Shown here in pieces: positions 10,500 through 20,824 of a DNA stretch of 64,000 bases (the first letter of the stretch is position 1; each line of letters opens with the position of its first letter). The stretch comes from Prevotella sp. (GTDB lineage: Bacteria; Bacteroidota; Bacteroidia; Bacteroidales; Bacteroidaceae): contig JALCDQ010000004.1 in NCBI GenBank assembly GCA_022641735.1, positions 120,192-184,191 on the forward strand. The letters run 5' to 3'. Below the pieces are notes generated by a model that ran no database searches, was not told the DNA's origin, and worked only from the letters and a program-made list of their open reading frames with translations. The translations under genes were made by a program, and so were the position numbers.

Positions 10500-11780
10500 T
10501 CATCCCATGTTCAAGAACGCAAAATACGTATCGGCCAAATCCTGTAAGGTTACTTCTTTCTGAGAGAATCTTAGCCAATCAATATCAGAGATTCGCTCTT
10601 CGATTGTTCTGTGGTCTGGAAAAGTGGCTGATATGTAATGTCTGCCGTCATGCTCGGTAGCAGCCAGATTCTCATATTGCAACTTTTCATGTGAATAAAC
10701 CAGGGAATAGGAAGCATCCCTTACTCTGCCTTGAGCCATGCGAAGCACACCTTTATCCTCCAGATCGTGAATATCACGTGCGGCAGTATCCGTAGAAATT
10801 CTGCATAACTTGGCATAGTTCTTAATAGTAAGCTTGGCATCATATCCATCTATATATGCATTAAGCACATTTTTCTCACGCTCAGACATAGGACTCTGTG
10901 AATGCAAGCGCCAGAAGATAGACTTTCGAAGAACGCCACTCAACATAGTATATGACTCCATTACAGCATTGCCGATGCATTTCAGATACCATGCCAGCCA
11001 TTCGGTCAGGTCGCCATCACCATGCTGGGTACGCTCAAGTACATCATAGTATGCCGATTTCTCCTTGTTTATCTCATAAGAAACACTATAGAAACGCTGG
11101 CCGTTACTTTCGGCCTGGGCTAGAATCATGTCTGAGATGGCTCGCGCTATCCGCCCATTTCCATCATCAAAAGGGTGAATGCTCACAAACCAGAAATGTG
11201 CAACGGCAGATTTGATATAGGATGGCTTGATATCTTTATCGTTGAACCAATCAATGAAAGTTTTCATCTCTGCAGGGACTTTCTCAGCTTCAGGTGCACG
11301 ATAATGTACTTTCTCACGGCCAAACATACCAGAAACAACTTGCATGGGGTCTGTGCGATAGGCTCCAACATGAATTTCCGAAAGTCCACTCCGTCCTGTG
11401 GGGAATAATGCCCCATGCCAGGAGAAAAGCCTCTTTTCAGATAGCGGTTCGAGATAATTTGCTGTCGCATCAAGCATCATCTCTACGATGCCATCCACAT
11501 AATGCGTTGAAGCTTTTTCATCGTTAACTTTGATGCCCAACTTTCGAGCTACAGAAGACCGCACCTCAGACGAATCAAGGATAACACCTTCTATGGCCGA
11601 TGAAGCCACAATATCATTAGCAATGGTTTGAGCAGTTGTAGACAGTTGCGCATCGAACCCGATAGCACTCAATCTTCCCGCAAGAAAACCGGTCTCACGA
11701 TTCACTTGCGACAGGACATCAATCAGTTGGTTGGCATCCCATCGAAAATCTGTCCATTTTTCTCTTTCATGAATAAACAT
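10500..11780 (-). CDS. Fic family protein (DUF4172-Fic-HTH)
   Basis: Canonical HPFDDGNGRIAR motif, N-terminal MFIHEREKWTDFRW and C-terminal HTH (YAKLCRISTDTAARDIHDL). Confidence 0.92.
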   Translation of the reverse strand: MFIHEREKWTDFRWDANQLIDVLSQVNRETGFLAGRLSAIGFDAQLSTTAQTIANDIVASSAIEGVILDSSEVRSSVARKLGIKVNDEKASTHYVDGIVEMMLDATANYLEPLSEKRLFSWHGALFPTGRSGLSEIHVGAYRTDPMQVVSGMFGREKVHYRAPEAEKVPAEMKTFIDWFNDKDIKPSYIKSAVAHFWFVSIHPFDDGNGRIARAISDMILAQAESNGQRFYSVSYEINKEKSAYYDVLERTQHGDGDLTEWLAWYLKCIGNAVMESYTMLSGVLRKSIFWRLHSQSPMSEREKNVLNAYIDGYDAKLTIKNYAKLCRISTDTAARDIHDLEDKGVLRMAQGRVRDASYSLVYSHEKLQYENLAATEHDGRHYISATFPDHRTIEERISDIDWLRFSQKEVTLQDLADTYFAFLNMG

Positions 11781-11797
11781 ATCCTATCTAATTTTAA

Positions 11798-11874
11798 CCG
11801 CAAAATTAGATAATAAAATTGTAGAAAACAAACTTTTGCGGCTAAAATTGCAAAATAAACCGCAAAATTTGCGG
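11798..11874 (-). promoter_or_regulatory. Fic promoter with repeated CCGCAAAA/TTTTGCGG sites
   Basis: TAATTTTGCGG -7 box on the minus strand at about 11798-11808, an inverted copy at 11834-11841, and near-palindrome CCGCAAAATTTGCGG at 11860-11874. Confidence 0.5.
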
Positions 11875-12071
11875 ATAACCGAGATTGATAAGACGCATCA
11901 AGCTTGATTTAAACAAAAAATAGCAGATAGCAAGATGTAACGATTTTACAAATTAGTTCATTTATAAATTCAAATTCTTATAAGTCTATTGATTTTTGAT
12001 TAAGTCTGTTAAAAGTTCTCATTGCAAAACATAAAAAGGCCATTTTTTAGTTTAACTTCTTTATTCAAAAA

Positions 12072-12171
12072 TAATTTGCTTACCTTTACACATATTTAGA
12101 GGTAGAGTTAAAAGCCTTCACTTTCAAGTCGTGTCCAAAAACTTCTCTTTAGGTTCGCGTATAAACCCAAA
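12072..12171. repeat. Repeat C copy
   Basis: Matches 8728-8832 (CCTTCACTTTCAAGT...CTTCTCTTTA.GTTCGCGTAT...CCCAAA). Confidence 0.8.
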
Positions 12172-12418
12172 GTTTTAGTTAAGTGAGAGCAGAAAAGGTC
12201 GGTTGCGACCCAACATCAAAATGGGTGATACAGAGATAGAAAAATATTTTACAAGATATTAAAGGTAAGAATCTCTCTTTTACTAAGGGTCATATCTTTT
12301 GCCGATAACGACAAAAATTCATAAAATCATCTTCATTCTTAGATTGTCATATAGATAAAACTGTTTTTAGGGTCTTATATTTCACTTATGAAGCCTAATA
12401 TTGTATGAAAAATATTAT

Positions 12419-12584
12419 CTAAATAACAATTAATAGCTTTCCCTTTTAGCTAAATACTCGCCTTATTTGACCAAATGCGCCTACTTAAATGGCCAAATAT
12501 CGAATGCCGGTAATTGTTTTTGCATATTCCATCAGCAACTTGCATAAATCCTGCAAGCCGTTTTAAGTTAAATTGTCAACCATT
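12419..12584. repeat. Element A, right-part copy
   Basis: Colinear with about 5291-5455 (AAATGGCCAAAT...TTTTTGCATA...AACTTGCATAAATC.TGCAAG.CGTTTTAAGTTAA). Confidence 0.8.
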
Positions 12585-12651
12585 CACAGCCCAGCTTATG
12601 GTTGTTTTCAGCCGTACTATCGGTTGCCCTGTAGCCTTATGGCCTTAACCT

Positions 12652-12683
12652 GAAAAAGCCGACTCTCCCAAGAGCCGGCTTTT
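12652..12683 (-). terminator. Intrinsic terminator after araB
   Basis: AAAAGCCGACTCT-ccca-AGAGCCGGCTTTT hairpin 70 bp past the araB stop. Confidence 0.7.
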
Positions 12684-12752
12684 CCAAGATAAGGCAGGTG
12701 TAAGATCAGACTTCAGATCCGCCCCTTAGATATTTCCGGACCGCATGTTCGG

Positions 12753-14357
12753 CTATTTCTTATATCTGACCGCAGCCTCCTCAATGGCCAGCCCAGCCTT
12801 GTATTTCTCAATATAAGCCTCGAAACCGGCCACGTCCCCGGCCTCAGGCTTTACCTCCATGCCGGTGTTCCCTGCGAACACCCTCTCGTCCAGGAAGTCC
12901 GCCAGCGACAGATGCCTGTCGTTGTTCACCAGATAAGAGGCCAGCAGGGCGATGCCCCAGGCGCCGCCCTCGCCTGCCGTCTCCATGACGGAGATTGGCG
13001 AGTTGATGGCCGCAGCGAGTATTCTCTGCCCCACGCCCTTGGTCCTGAACAGCCCTCCGTGGCCGGTGATCCTGTCGACCTTGATGTTCTCCTTCTTGAA
13101 GAGGATGTCATTGCCTATTTTCAACACGCCGACAGAGGCGTACAGGTTGGCCCGCATGAAGTTGGCGAGGCTGAACCTGTCGTTGGCGGAGCGCACGAAC
13201 AAGGGCCTCCCCTCGGACAGTCCCGTGACAGGCTCTCCGGATATATAGTTGTATGCGATGAGGCCGCCGCAGTCCGCGTCCCCTTCTAGGGCATGGCTGT
13301 AAAGCCTTCCGAAGAGTTCGTCCATGTCCACAGGAACGCCCAGGAGCTGCTGGTATTCCTTGAACAGGCCAACCCAGGCGTTCAGGTCGGACGTGCAGTT
13401 GTTGCAGTGGACCATGGCGACAGGACTCCCGCTGGGCGTCGTCACCATGTCTATCACCTTGTAGGGCTGCGACAGCGCCTTCTCCAGCACAATCATCGAG
13501 AAGGATGAGGTGCCTGCTGACACGTTGCCCGTGCGCGGCCTTACGGAATTCGTCGCCACCATGCCCGTCCCGGCGTCTCCCTCAGGAGGACACAGGGGTA
13601 TCCCGGCCTTCAGATGTCCGGATGGGTCAAGCCTCATGGCGCCCTCCTCTGTCAGCTTTCCGGCATTCTCGCCGGCCAGCACGACCTTGGGGAATATGTC
13701 GAGCAGCTTCCATCCGAAGAGTCCCTTGGGATCTATCAGCCTGTCGAACTTCCCGGCCATCTCCGCCGAGTAGTCGTTCGTGGCTGGGTCGATCGGAAGC
13801 ATGCCCGAGGCATCGCCGACGCCCAGCACCTTCACGCCCGTCAGCTGCCAGTGGATATATCCCGCCAGCGTGGTCTGGAACCTGATGTCCCTGACATGCT
13901 CCTCATTGTTGAGGATGGCCTGGTACAGGTGGGAGATGCTCCACCGCAGGGGGATGTTGAAGTTGAACAGCTTGGAAAGCTCCGCTGCAGCCTGCGCCGT
14001 GTTGGTGTTCCTCCATGTCCTGAATGGGGCAAGGAGCTCGTCTTTGCCGTTGAAGGCCATGTACCCGTGCATCATGGCGCTGATGCCGATGGCGGCGAGC
14101 GTCTCTATCTCCGTGCCATACTGTTCCTTTACGCTGGCCCGCAGACTGGCGTAGCAGTCCTGCAGACCGCCCCAGATAGCCTCGGCGCTGTAGGTCCACA
14201 GGCCGTCGACAAGCTGGTTCTCCCATTCGTGGCTTCCCTGGGCTATGGGCCTGTTCTCCTCATCTATCAATACCGCCTTGATCCTCGTGGAGCCGAACTC
14301 GACGCCCAGGATGGCCTTGCCGGCCTCTATAGTGGATTTTGCATTTAAATCATTCAT
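12753..14357 (-). CDS. araB: FGGY carbohydrate kinase, L-ribulokinase of Bacteroidetes ara operon
   Basis: [29 protein letters not shown] and GEGGAWG. Clustered with araA and araD. Confidence 0.85.
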   Translation of the reverse strand: MNDLNAKSTIEAGKAILGVEFGSTRIKAVLIDEENRPIAQGSHEWENQLVDGLWTYSAEAIWGGLQDCYASLRASVKEQYGTEIETLAAIGISAMMHGYMAFNGKDELLAPFRTWRNTNTAQAAAELSKLFNFNIPLRWSISHLYQAILNNEEHVRDIRFQTTLAGYIHWQLTGVKVLGVGDASGMLPIDPATNDYSAEMAGKFDRLIDPKGLFGWKLLDIFPKVVLAGENAGKLTEEGAMRLDPSGHLKAGIPLCPPEGDAGTGMVATNSVRPRTGNVSAGTSSFSMIVLEKALSQPYKVIDMVTTPSGSPVAMVHCNNCTSDLNAWVGLFKEYQQLLGVPVDMDELFGRLYSHALEGDADCGGLIAYNYISGEPVTGLSEGRPLFVRSANDRFSLANFMRANLYASVGVLKIGNDILFKKENIKVDRITGHGGLFRTKGVGQRILAAAINSPISVMETAGEGGAWGIALLASYLVNNDRHLSLADFLDERVFAGNTGMEVKPEAGDVAGFEAYIEKYKAGLAIEEAAVRYKK

Positions 14358-14462
14358 GAATATATAGAATAATGTTCAGTGATAAGTATAGCTGCACAGG
14401 GTTCAACTCACTGGCCAAAGCGGGTGGCGCCGGCCGTGAATCGAGCCCCGCGGGCTTTATTC

Positions 14463-16004
14463 TTAGCGAAGCGCCTTGTTCAGCAGATAGTAAACCTCGT
14501 TGAAACGGAGCTCCTTGCGGAAGTCTTCATAGTCTGTCTTGCTGTTGATGATGCAGCATTCGATGTCTGCAATCTCGGCATAGTCGCGCCAGTACTCGTC
14601 GGTGATGTCATAGGAGAAGCAGCTGTGGTGGGTGCCGCCGGCATTGATCCAGCAGCCTACGCCGACCTCGAAGGTCGGTTCTGGAATCCAGAGGTTGGAT
14701 GCCACCGGCAGCTTGGGAAGCGGCTTGCTCTTGATGCAGTTGACATCGTTGGCGATGAGGCGGAAGCGGTTGCCCATATCGACGACCGTCGCGGCGATGC
14801 CGTGGCCCTGCTTGGACGTGAAGACCAGGCGGGCGGTCTGGCTCTTGCGGATGCCGATGCCGAGGAAGTGGACCTCCAGGCGCGGCTTCTCCTCCGCGAT
14901 GTCAGGGTTGATCTCCAGCATGTGGGCCTCGAGGATGGAGGTCTTGTCGCCGTCGAAGTTCAGGGTGTAGTCCTCCAGGAACGAGCTTCCGCCGGGAAGA
15001 CCCTGCGTCATGAACCATGTCGTGCGGTAGAGGGCGGCGCTCTTCCAGTCGCCTTCGGCACCGAATCCGTAGCCGTCATGCATCAGACGCTGTGAGGCAA
15101 GGCCCGGGATCTGGTCAAATCCCCTGCCGGTCTCCTCCACGTTCACATCGCCCAGGTCGTCGAAGTTGGTGGTGAAACCCTTGGCTCCTTTGTCCTTCAG
15201 TACGGCGCGGAGCGTGAGCTCTGCCTTTGCCGAGTTCCATATCTTCCTGTAGGCCTCCGTGCTCTTATCTTCAAGGGCTTTGTCGTGAGCGTAATCCTTG
15301 AAATAAACGGCAACGAGAGCGTCTACGTCGGCATCTTTAACCTGGTTGAAATAAACCATGACATCACTGAATGCCATATAGTCTACGTGGTAGCCGAGCA
15401 CCTGCTCTGCCGCTACCTTGTCCCCGTCCGTGACGGCGACATTGTTCATCTGGTCGCCGAAGCGGATGATGAGCATGTCCTGAGCGTCAGCCCAGGCAGC
15501 GCAGACGCGTGACCAGACGGCGATGTGCTCCTGGGTCTTCTCGTCCTGCCAGTAGCCGATGACTGTCTTGCGGGGCTTGCGCAGGCGGGAAAGGATATGT
15601 CCGTACTCGCGGTCGCCGTGGGCGCTCTGGTTCAGGTTCATGAAGTCCATGTCCATGGTCTTCCACGGAATCTGCTTGTTGTACTGTGTATGAAGGTGGA
15701 GCAGAGGCTTGCGGAGTATCTGCAGGCCGTGTATCCACATCTTGGCCGGAGAGAAGGTGTGCATCCATGTGATGACGCCCACGCACTTCTTGTCGTTGTT
15801 GGCAGCTGACATGATGTCGGCTACTTCTTTGGAACTGTTGGCTGTTCCTTTATAGACCACCTTGACGGGTAACCGGCCGGAGCCGTTAAGTCCGTCGACC
15901 ATCTCCTTGGAGTGACCGTCAACCTGTACTACGGCGTCACCTCCGTAAAGGAGCTGTGCGCCGGTAACAAACCATACTTCAAAATTCTCAAATGCTTTTA
16001 CCAT
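14463..16004 (-). CDS. araA: L-arabinose isomerase
   Basis: WMHTFSPAKMW, MNLNQSAHGDREYG, GFGAEGDWK, FLEDYT, AHMLE and AGGTHH. Confidence 0.96.
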   Translation of the reverse strand: MVKAFENFEVWFVTGAQLLYGGDAVVQVDGHSKEMVDGLNGSGRLPVKVVYKGTANSSKEVADIMSAANNDKKCVGVITWMHTFSPAKMWIHGLQILRKPLLHLHTQYNKQIPWKTMDMDFMNLNQSAHGDREYGHILSRLRKPRKTVIGYWQDEKTQEHIAVWSRVCAAWADAQDMLIIRFGDQMNNVAVTDGDKVAAEQVLGYHVDYMAFSDVMVYFNQVKDADVDALVAVYFKDYAHDKALEDKSTEAYRKIWNSAKAELTLRAVLKDKGAKGFTTNFDDLGDVNVEETGRGFDQIPGLASQRLMHDGYGFGAEGDWKSAALYRTTWFMTQGLPGGSSFLEDYTLNFDGDKTSILEAHMLEINPDIAEEKPRLEVHFLGIGIRKSQTARLVFTSKQGHGIAATVVDMGNRFRLIANDVNCIKSKPLPKLPVASNLWIPEPTFEVGVGCWINAGGTHHSCFSYDITDEYWRDYAEIADIECCIINSKTDYEDFRKELRFNEVYYLLNKALR

Positions 16005-16049
16005 AGTTTTCTTTGTCTTTAGTTATTTGTTGGATTCTTTTTATTGATG

Positions 16050-16754
16050 TCATTTCTTCTTTCTCTGGCCGTAATAGGCGCCGGGGCCATGCTTGCGGCT
16101 GAAGTGCTTCTCGATAAGAAGGGGATTCATCGTGGTGCCGGGGTTGACCGAGAATGACACGAAGGCCATTTTTGCAACCTGCTCCATCACCACGGCGTTG
16201 TATACGGCGTTGTCCGCATCCATGCCCCAAGAGAAAGGCCCGTGGTTCCTGACCAGCACGCCAGGTGTGTGCACGGGGTTGATATTGCCGTCCCGGATGC
16301 GCCTCACGATCACGTTGCCTGTCTCCAGCTCGTACTCGCCCCTCACCTCGGCCTCCGTCATGTCGGCCGTGCAGGGGATGTCGTCATGGAAATAGTCGGC
16401 GTGGGTAGTGCCTATGTTCGGGATGTCCCTGCCTGCCTGCGCCCATGCCGTGGCATAAGTGGAGTGGGTGTGCACGATGCCACCAATCTCGGGAAACGCG
16501 CGGTAAAGCACCAGATGGGTCGGGGTGTCGGAAGACGGGTTCAGATCCCCTTCCACCGTCCTGCCCGTCTGCAGGTCGACAACGACCATGTCGCAGGCTT
16601 TCATCGTATCATAGCTGACGCCGGAGGGCTTGATGACGACCAGTCCCTTCTCGCGGTCGATGCCAGACACGTTGCCCCATGTGAAGAGGACGAGCCCGTG
16701 CCTGACCAGGTCAAGGTTGGCACGGCATACTTTTTCTTTTAGTTCTTCTAACAT
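16050..16754 (-). CDS. araD: L-ribulose-5-phosphate 4-epimerase
   Basis: [30 protein letters not shown] and [11 protein letters not shown]. Start set at MLEELKEK (16754). Confidence 0.95.
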   Translation of the reverse strand: MLEELKEKVCRANLDLVRHGLVLFTWGNVSGIDREKGLVVIKPSGVSYDTMKACDMVVVDLQTGRTVEGDLNPSSDTPTHLVLYRAFPEIGGIVHTHSTYATAWAQAGRDIPNIGTTHADYFHDDIPCTADMTEAEVRGEYELETGNVIVRRIRDGNINPVHTPGVLVRNHGPFSWGMDADNAVYNAVVMEQVAKMAFVSFSVNPGTTMNPLLIEKHFSRKHGPGAYYGQRKKK

Positions 16755-16803
16755 TGTGATATGATTTATAGTTTTAAACCGGGTACGCATGCCTTTGTGC
16801 GGC

Positions 16804-18549
16804 TTACCAGAAGTAGCAGTAGAACGCCGCGCAAAGAACGATCACGCCAAGGGTGGCGACGATGTCCCACACGCCCCAGCTCTCGCGGATCTGCTTTCTG
16901 TAATCGCCCGTGAATGTGATGGCCTCGACCTGCTCTTTGCTGGGGGCGGGGGTGAAGATGGAGACCGTGATCATGAAGACGACGACGAACACGAGAAGCC
17001 AGCACTCGAAGACAAGCCAGTTCGTCTGCCAGAACCAGGCAGTGCCGGTCCACAGCGTTCCCTGCATGACAGTCTCGCCCGAGTTCGTGATGACATTGGT
17101 TATCAGCCTCAGCATGCCGACCAGGAAGCCGCCGATGAGTCCCCACTCGCCCGCCTTAGGCGTGATCTTCTTGGAGAAGATGCCGAGTGCGAAGACAGCG
17201 GCCATTGTCGGAGCCAGCAGCGACTGGATGCCCTGCAGATAGCTGTAGAGGTTCCCCATGTTCATCATCACCGGAAGCCAGAGAAGGCCGAGGATCACTA
17301 CGACGACGGTCGCCATACGCCCTACAAGGACGTAGTGGGACTCACTCATCCCCTTTCTCATGGGCTTATAGAAGTCCTCGGTGAAGAGTGTCGCGCAGCT
17401 GTTGAAGAATGCGGCGAGGGAAGTGACCAGAGCGCAGATGAAGCCTATGGTGACGAAGCCCTTGACGCCGACCGGAAGGATGTTCTTGACCATCATGGCG
17501 AAGGCGCCGTCGGTGTCGTGCTGGTTCGTTATGTCCATGGTGATGCCGCTGCTCGGGTCATTGGAGAGGGCAATGGCTATCATGCCGGGAATGAGGAACA
17601 TGAAGACAGGGAGCAGCTTGAAGTAGCCGGCAGCTATGGTGCCGCGCCGTGCGCGCTTCATGACCGTGGCGTTGTCCTCGCCGCGGGTCTGCCCGAGGAC
17701 ACGCTGGACGATATGCTGGTCGGTGCACCAATACCAGAAACCGATGATCGACGCGCCGAGGAACACGGCGAATCCGGGATACTGGTGGTACATGGGATCG
17801 CCCGCGTTCCAATGGAACATGTGCGTCGTCCCGTATCCGTTATGCAGGCCGTTGCAGTAGGTCATCATGTTGGACCAGCCTTCCGTGATGCTCCCATGGC
17901 CGAGGGTGGAAAGGCCCAGGAAGAGCACGAGGAACGAGCCGATGATGAGGATAGGCGTCTGGATGGCAGACATGGTCATCACGCCCTTCATCCCTCCGAA
18001 CACGGTGAAGACGGCTGTAATCACAATGAGACCAAGCGCCCCGTACCAGAACGGAAGGCCGAGCAGATACTCGAAAAATATGCCGCCCGTAAAGGCCGTC
18101 ACGCTCACCTTGGTGAGGATATAGGCGATCAGCGTGATGATGCTCAGCCAAGAGCCCGTACGCTTCGTGTAACGGTATTTCAGAAAGTCGGGCATCGTGA
18201 TGATCTTGCCCAGCTTGTTGCTCAGAAGCTGATAGAACGGCACGAAAAGCCAGCCCAGGATGAGAATCATCCAGCCCTGCATCTCCCAATGGGCCATTCC
18301 AACGCCGTCCTTCGCTCCCGTACCGGCTAGCCCGACCAGGTGCTCTGAGCCGATGTTGGCGGCAAAAATGGCGGCGCCGATGATATACCAAGGCTCGCCC
18401 TTGCCGAACAGGTAGTCCTGGCTGTCTGCCCCTTTCATCCTCCTCTTGTCCTTCTGTATCGTGTGATAGACGAACCATATCACTCCGGTAATGCCTATCG
18501 CCAGAACCACCCAGTCCAGCCAGATAAATTGTTTTGTTGTCCAATCCAT
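16804..18549 (-). CDS. Sodium:solute symporter, probable arabinose transporter (AraP-like)
   Basis: Many TM segments, [25 protein letters not shown] and [14 protein letters not shown]. Lies in the ara operon. Confidence 0.88.
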   Translation of the reverse strand: MDWTTKQFIWLDWVVLAIGITGVIWFVYHTIQKDKRRMKGADSQDYLFGKGEPWYIIGAAIFAANIGSEHLVGLAGTGAKDGVGMAHWEMQGWMILILGWLFVPFYQLLSNKLGKIITMPDFLKYRYTKRTGSWLSIITLIAYILTKVSVTAFTGGIFFEYLLGLPFWYGALGLIVITAVFTVFGGMKGVMTMSAIQTPILIIGSFLVLFLGLSTLGHGSITEGWSNMMTYCNGLHNGYGTTHMFHWNAGDPMYHQYPGFAVFLGASIIGFWYWCTDQHIVQRVLGQTRGEDNATVMKRARRGTIAAGYFKLLPVFMFLIPGMIAIALSNDPSSGITMDITNQHDTDGAFAMMVKNILPVGVKGFVTIGFICALVTSLAAFFNSCATLFTEDFYKPMRKGMSESHYVLVGRMATVVVVILGLLWLPVMMNMGNLYSYLQGIQSLLAPTMAAVFALGIFSKKITPKAGEWGLIGGFLVGMLRLITNVITNSGETVMQGTLWTGTAWFWQTNWLVFECWLLVFVVVFMITVSIFTPAPSKEQVEAITFTGDYRKQIRESWGVWDIVATLGVIVLCAAFYCYFW

Positions 18550-18580
18550 TTTATTTTTCTATTTGATTTTAATTAGTAAT

Positions 18581-20626
18581 TTATTGATGATTTCTCTGTT
18601 TAATGCAAATTTGCTGTAGATATGCTCGTATTTTTTCTGCAATATTTTCAGGTGTGAAACCGAATTTCTCATTTAAAACATCAAAAGGAGCAGATGCGCC
18701 GAAATGATTCAGACCAAACACTGTTCCACATCGCCCTACTAATCCTTCGAGAACAACCGGCAGGCCGGCAGTCAATCCGAAAATCTTTGCACTTGCTGGT
18801 AACACATTCTCTTGATATTCAATACTCTGGCAGCGAAAAAGTCCTTCAGATGGAGCACTAACAATGCGAACCTTCAAACCTTCTTTCCGAAGAATATTGG
18901 CAGCATCTACTAATGTGGATACTTCAGAGCCTGACGCAACTAGAATTACATCATAATCTTTGTCTGAACCTGCAACAACGTAAGCGCCATGACGTACCAT
19001 ATTGTAATCGTTACCTTTAGGAAGGCTTTTTATTCCTTGGCGAGAAAATATCATTGCTGTGGGTGTATTCATGTTTTCCATTGCGATTGCCCAACATACC
19101 GTTGTCTCTTCAGCATCTGCAGGGCGTAGCACTCTTACGGAGTCTTTACCATGAAGATTTTTCAGTTTTTCCATCAAACGTATCTGAGCTTCGTGTTCTA
19201 CAGGCTGATGTGTCGGTCCATCTTCGCCAACACGGAATGCATCATGAGTCCATATAAATTTGATAGGAACCTCCATAAGTGCCGCTGTTCTTATAGCTGG
19301 CTTCATATAATCGGAGAAGACAAAGAAAGTAGCACAAGCAGGAATGACGCCACCGTGCAGGTTCATGCCGATACACATGCATGCCATTGTGAGCTCGCTG
19401 ACGCCAGCCTGGAAAAACGCTCCACTGAAATCTCCATTTATGATGTCATGAGTTTGCTTAAGAAATCCATCCGTTTTATCGGAATTACTAAGGTCCGCAG
19501 AAGCGCATATCATGTTAGGAACTTGCTGGGCAAGTTGAGAAAGGCATGCTGCAGAGGCTGCTCGTGTAGCTTTATCACAATTCTGAACAACTTTGCTCCA
19601 ATCAATTATAGGAGCATTATCAGAGAACCATTGTTTTTTCAAGGCTGCTTTTTCAGGATTTTCTTGAGCCCACAGATTTTCTTTAGCTCGACGTTGTGCA
19701 ACTATTTTTTTCACTTCAGTACGACGCTCTTCATACATTTGTTTCACTTCATCAAATATTACGAACGGATTTTCAATATCGCCGCCTAAAGCTTTTACAG
19801 TATTTATGTAAGCTCCATCACCGAGAGGTGCTCCATGAGTTTTTACACTGCCTTCATAGCTTGAACCATCAGCTTGCAATGCACCCTTTGCCATAATAGT
19901 ATGACCGATGATCATTGTCGGACGATTTTGCTCTTTCAGTGCTGAATTCAATGCACCCCGAATCTCGTCGACATTGCTTCCATTTATTTCCAAAACATTC
20001 CAATTCCAAGCACGATATTTCATCGCTGTGTTTTCGTTAGTAACTTCAGCACATTTCGTTGAAAGCTGCACTTCATTGGAATCGTAGAATATAATGAGGT
20101 TGTTAAGCCCTAGACGTCCTGCCAGTCGACCAACACCCTGAGAGATCTCTTCCTGAACGCCACCATCGGAGATATATGCATAGATTTTGTGTTGCATAAC
20201 TTCATGTCCCAATTTTGCTTCAAGAAATTTCTCGGCAACTGCTGCACCTGCTGCAAAAGCGTGTCCTTGGCCAAGAGGGCCAGAGGTGTTTTCTATGCCA
20301 CGATTAATGTTGCGCTCTGGATGCCCTGGAGTACATGATCCCCATTGACGTAGATGCTGTAAATCATCTAATTTAAATTTCCCTTGCAGAGTCAGAGCTG
20401 AATAAAGCATAGGAGCCATGTGCCCTGGGTCGAGGAAGAAACGATCGCGCCCTGTCCATGAAGGGTCTTCCGGGTCATATATTAAGTATTCAGAAAAGAG
20501 TACATTGATAAAGTCTGCACCACCCATGGCACCGCCAGGATGACCTGATTTGGCTTTTTCCACCATTGCAACAGTCAATAATCTGATGTTGTCGGCAGCA
20601 CGTTTCATAATTTTGTTTTCTTTCAT
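18581..20626 (-). CDS. tkt: Transketolase
   Basis: SGHPGGAMG, RDRFFLDPGH, TSGPLGQG, SDGGVQEE, THDAFRVGEDGPTHQPVE and FGASAP. Confidence 0.96.
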   Translation of the reverse strand: MKENKIMKRAADNIRLLTVAMVEKAKSGHPGGAMGGADFINVLFSEYLIYDPEDPSWTGRDRFFLDPGHMAPMLYSALTLQGKFKLDDLQHLRQWGSCTPGHPERNINRGIENTSGPLGQGHAFAAGAAVAEKFLEAKLGHEVMQHKIYAYISDGGVQEEISQGVGRLAGRLGLNNLIIFYDSNEVQLSTKCAEVTNENTAMKYRAWNWNVLEINGSNVDEIRGALNSALKEQNRPTMIIGHTIMAKGALQADGSSYEGSVKTHGAPLGDGAYINTVKALGGDIENPFVIFDEVKQMYEERRTEVKKIVAQRRAKENLWAQENPEKAALKKQWFSDNAPIIDWSKVVQNCDKATRAASAACLSQLAQQVPNMICASADLSNSDKTDGFLKQTHDIINGDFSGAFFQAGVSELTMACMCIGMNLHGGVIPACATFFVFSDYMKPAIRTAALMEVPIKFIWTHDAFRVGEDGPTHQPVEHEAQIRLMEKLKNLHGKDSVRVLRPADAEETTVCWAIAMENMNTPTAMIFSRQGIKSLPKGNDYNMVRHGAYVVAGSDKDYDVILVASGSEVSTLVDAANILRKEGLKVRIVSAPSEGLFRCQSIEYQENVLPASAKIFGLTAGLPVVLEGLVGRCGTVFGLNHFGASAPFDVLNEKFGFTPENIAEKIRAYLQQICIKQRNHQ

Positions 20627-20824
20627 ATTCGTAATAAATCAAACATTTAGAATAAGTTATTTATATATGTTCATATTTGTATATTTTCATCTTTGCATAT
20701 TCAAATTATAGGAAATACATTCGACTTGGGACAAAAATGCTTTCTAGTTTTCAATTAACTATCCATGCTTTGCCATTTTGTATGTATATACCATAAAAGG
20801 GCTTAATCTTTAGTTTTTCCCCAT

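Noticed and set aside
13614-15095. 244-aa and 238-aa + strand ORFs
   Set aside because: Antisense to araB and araA in GC-rich DNA where stops are rare.
16789-18330. 513-aa + strand ORF
   Set aside because: Antisense shadow of the high-GC symporter gene, with no recognisable motifs.
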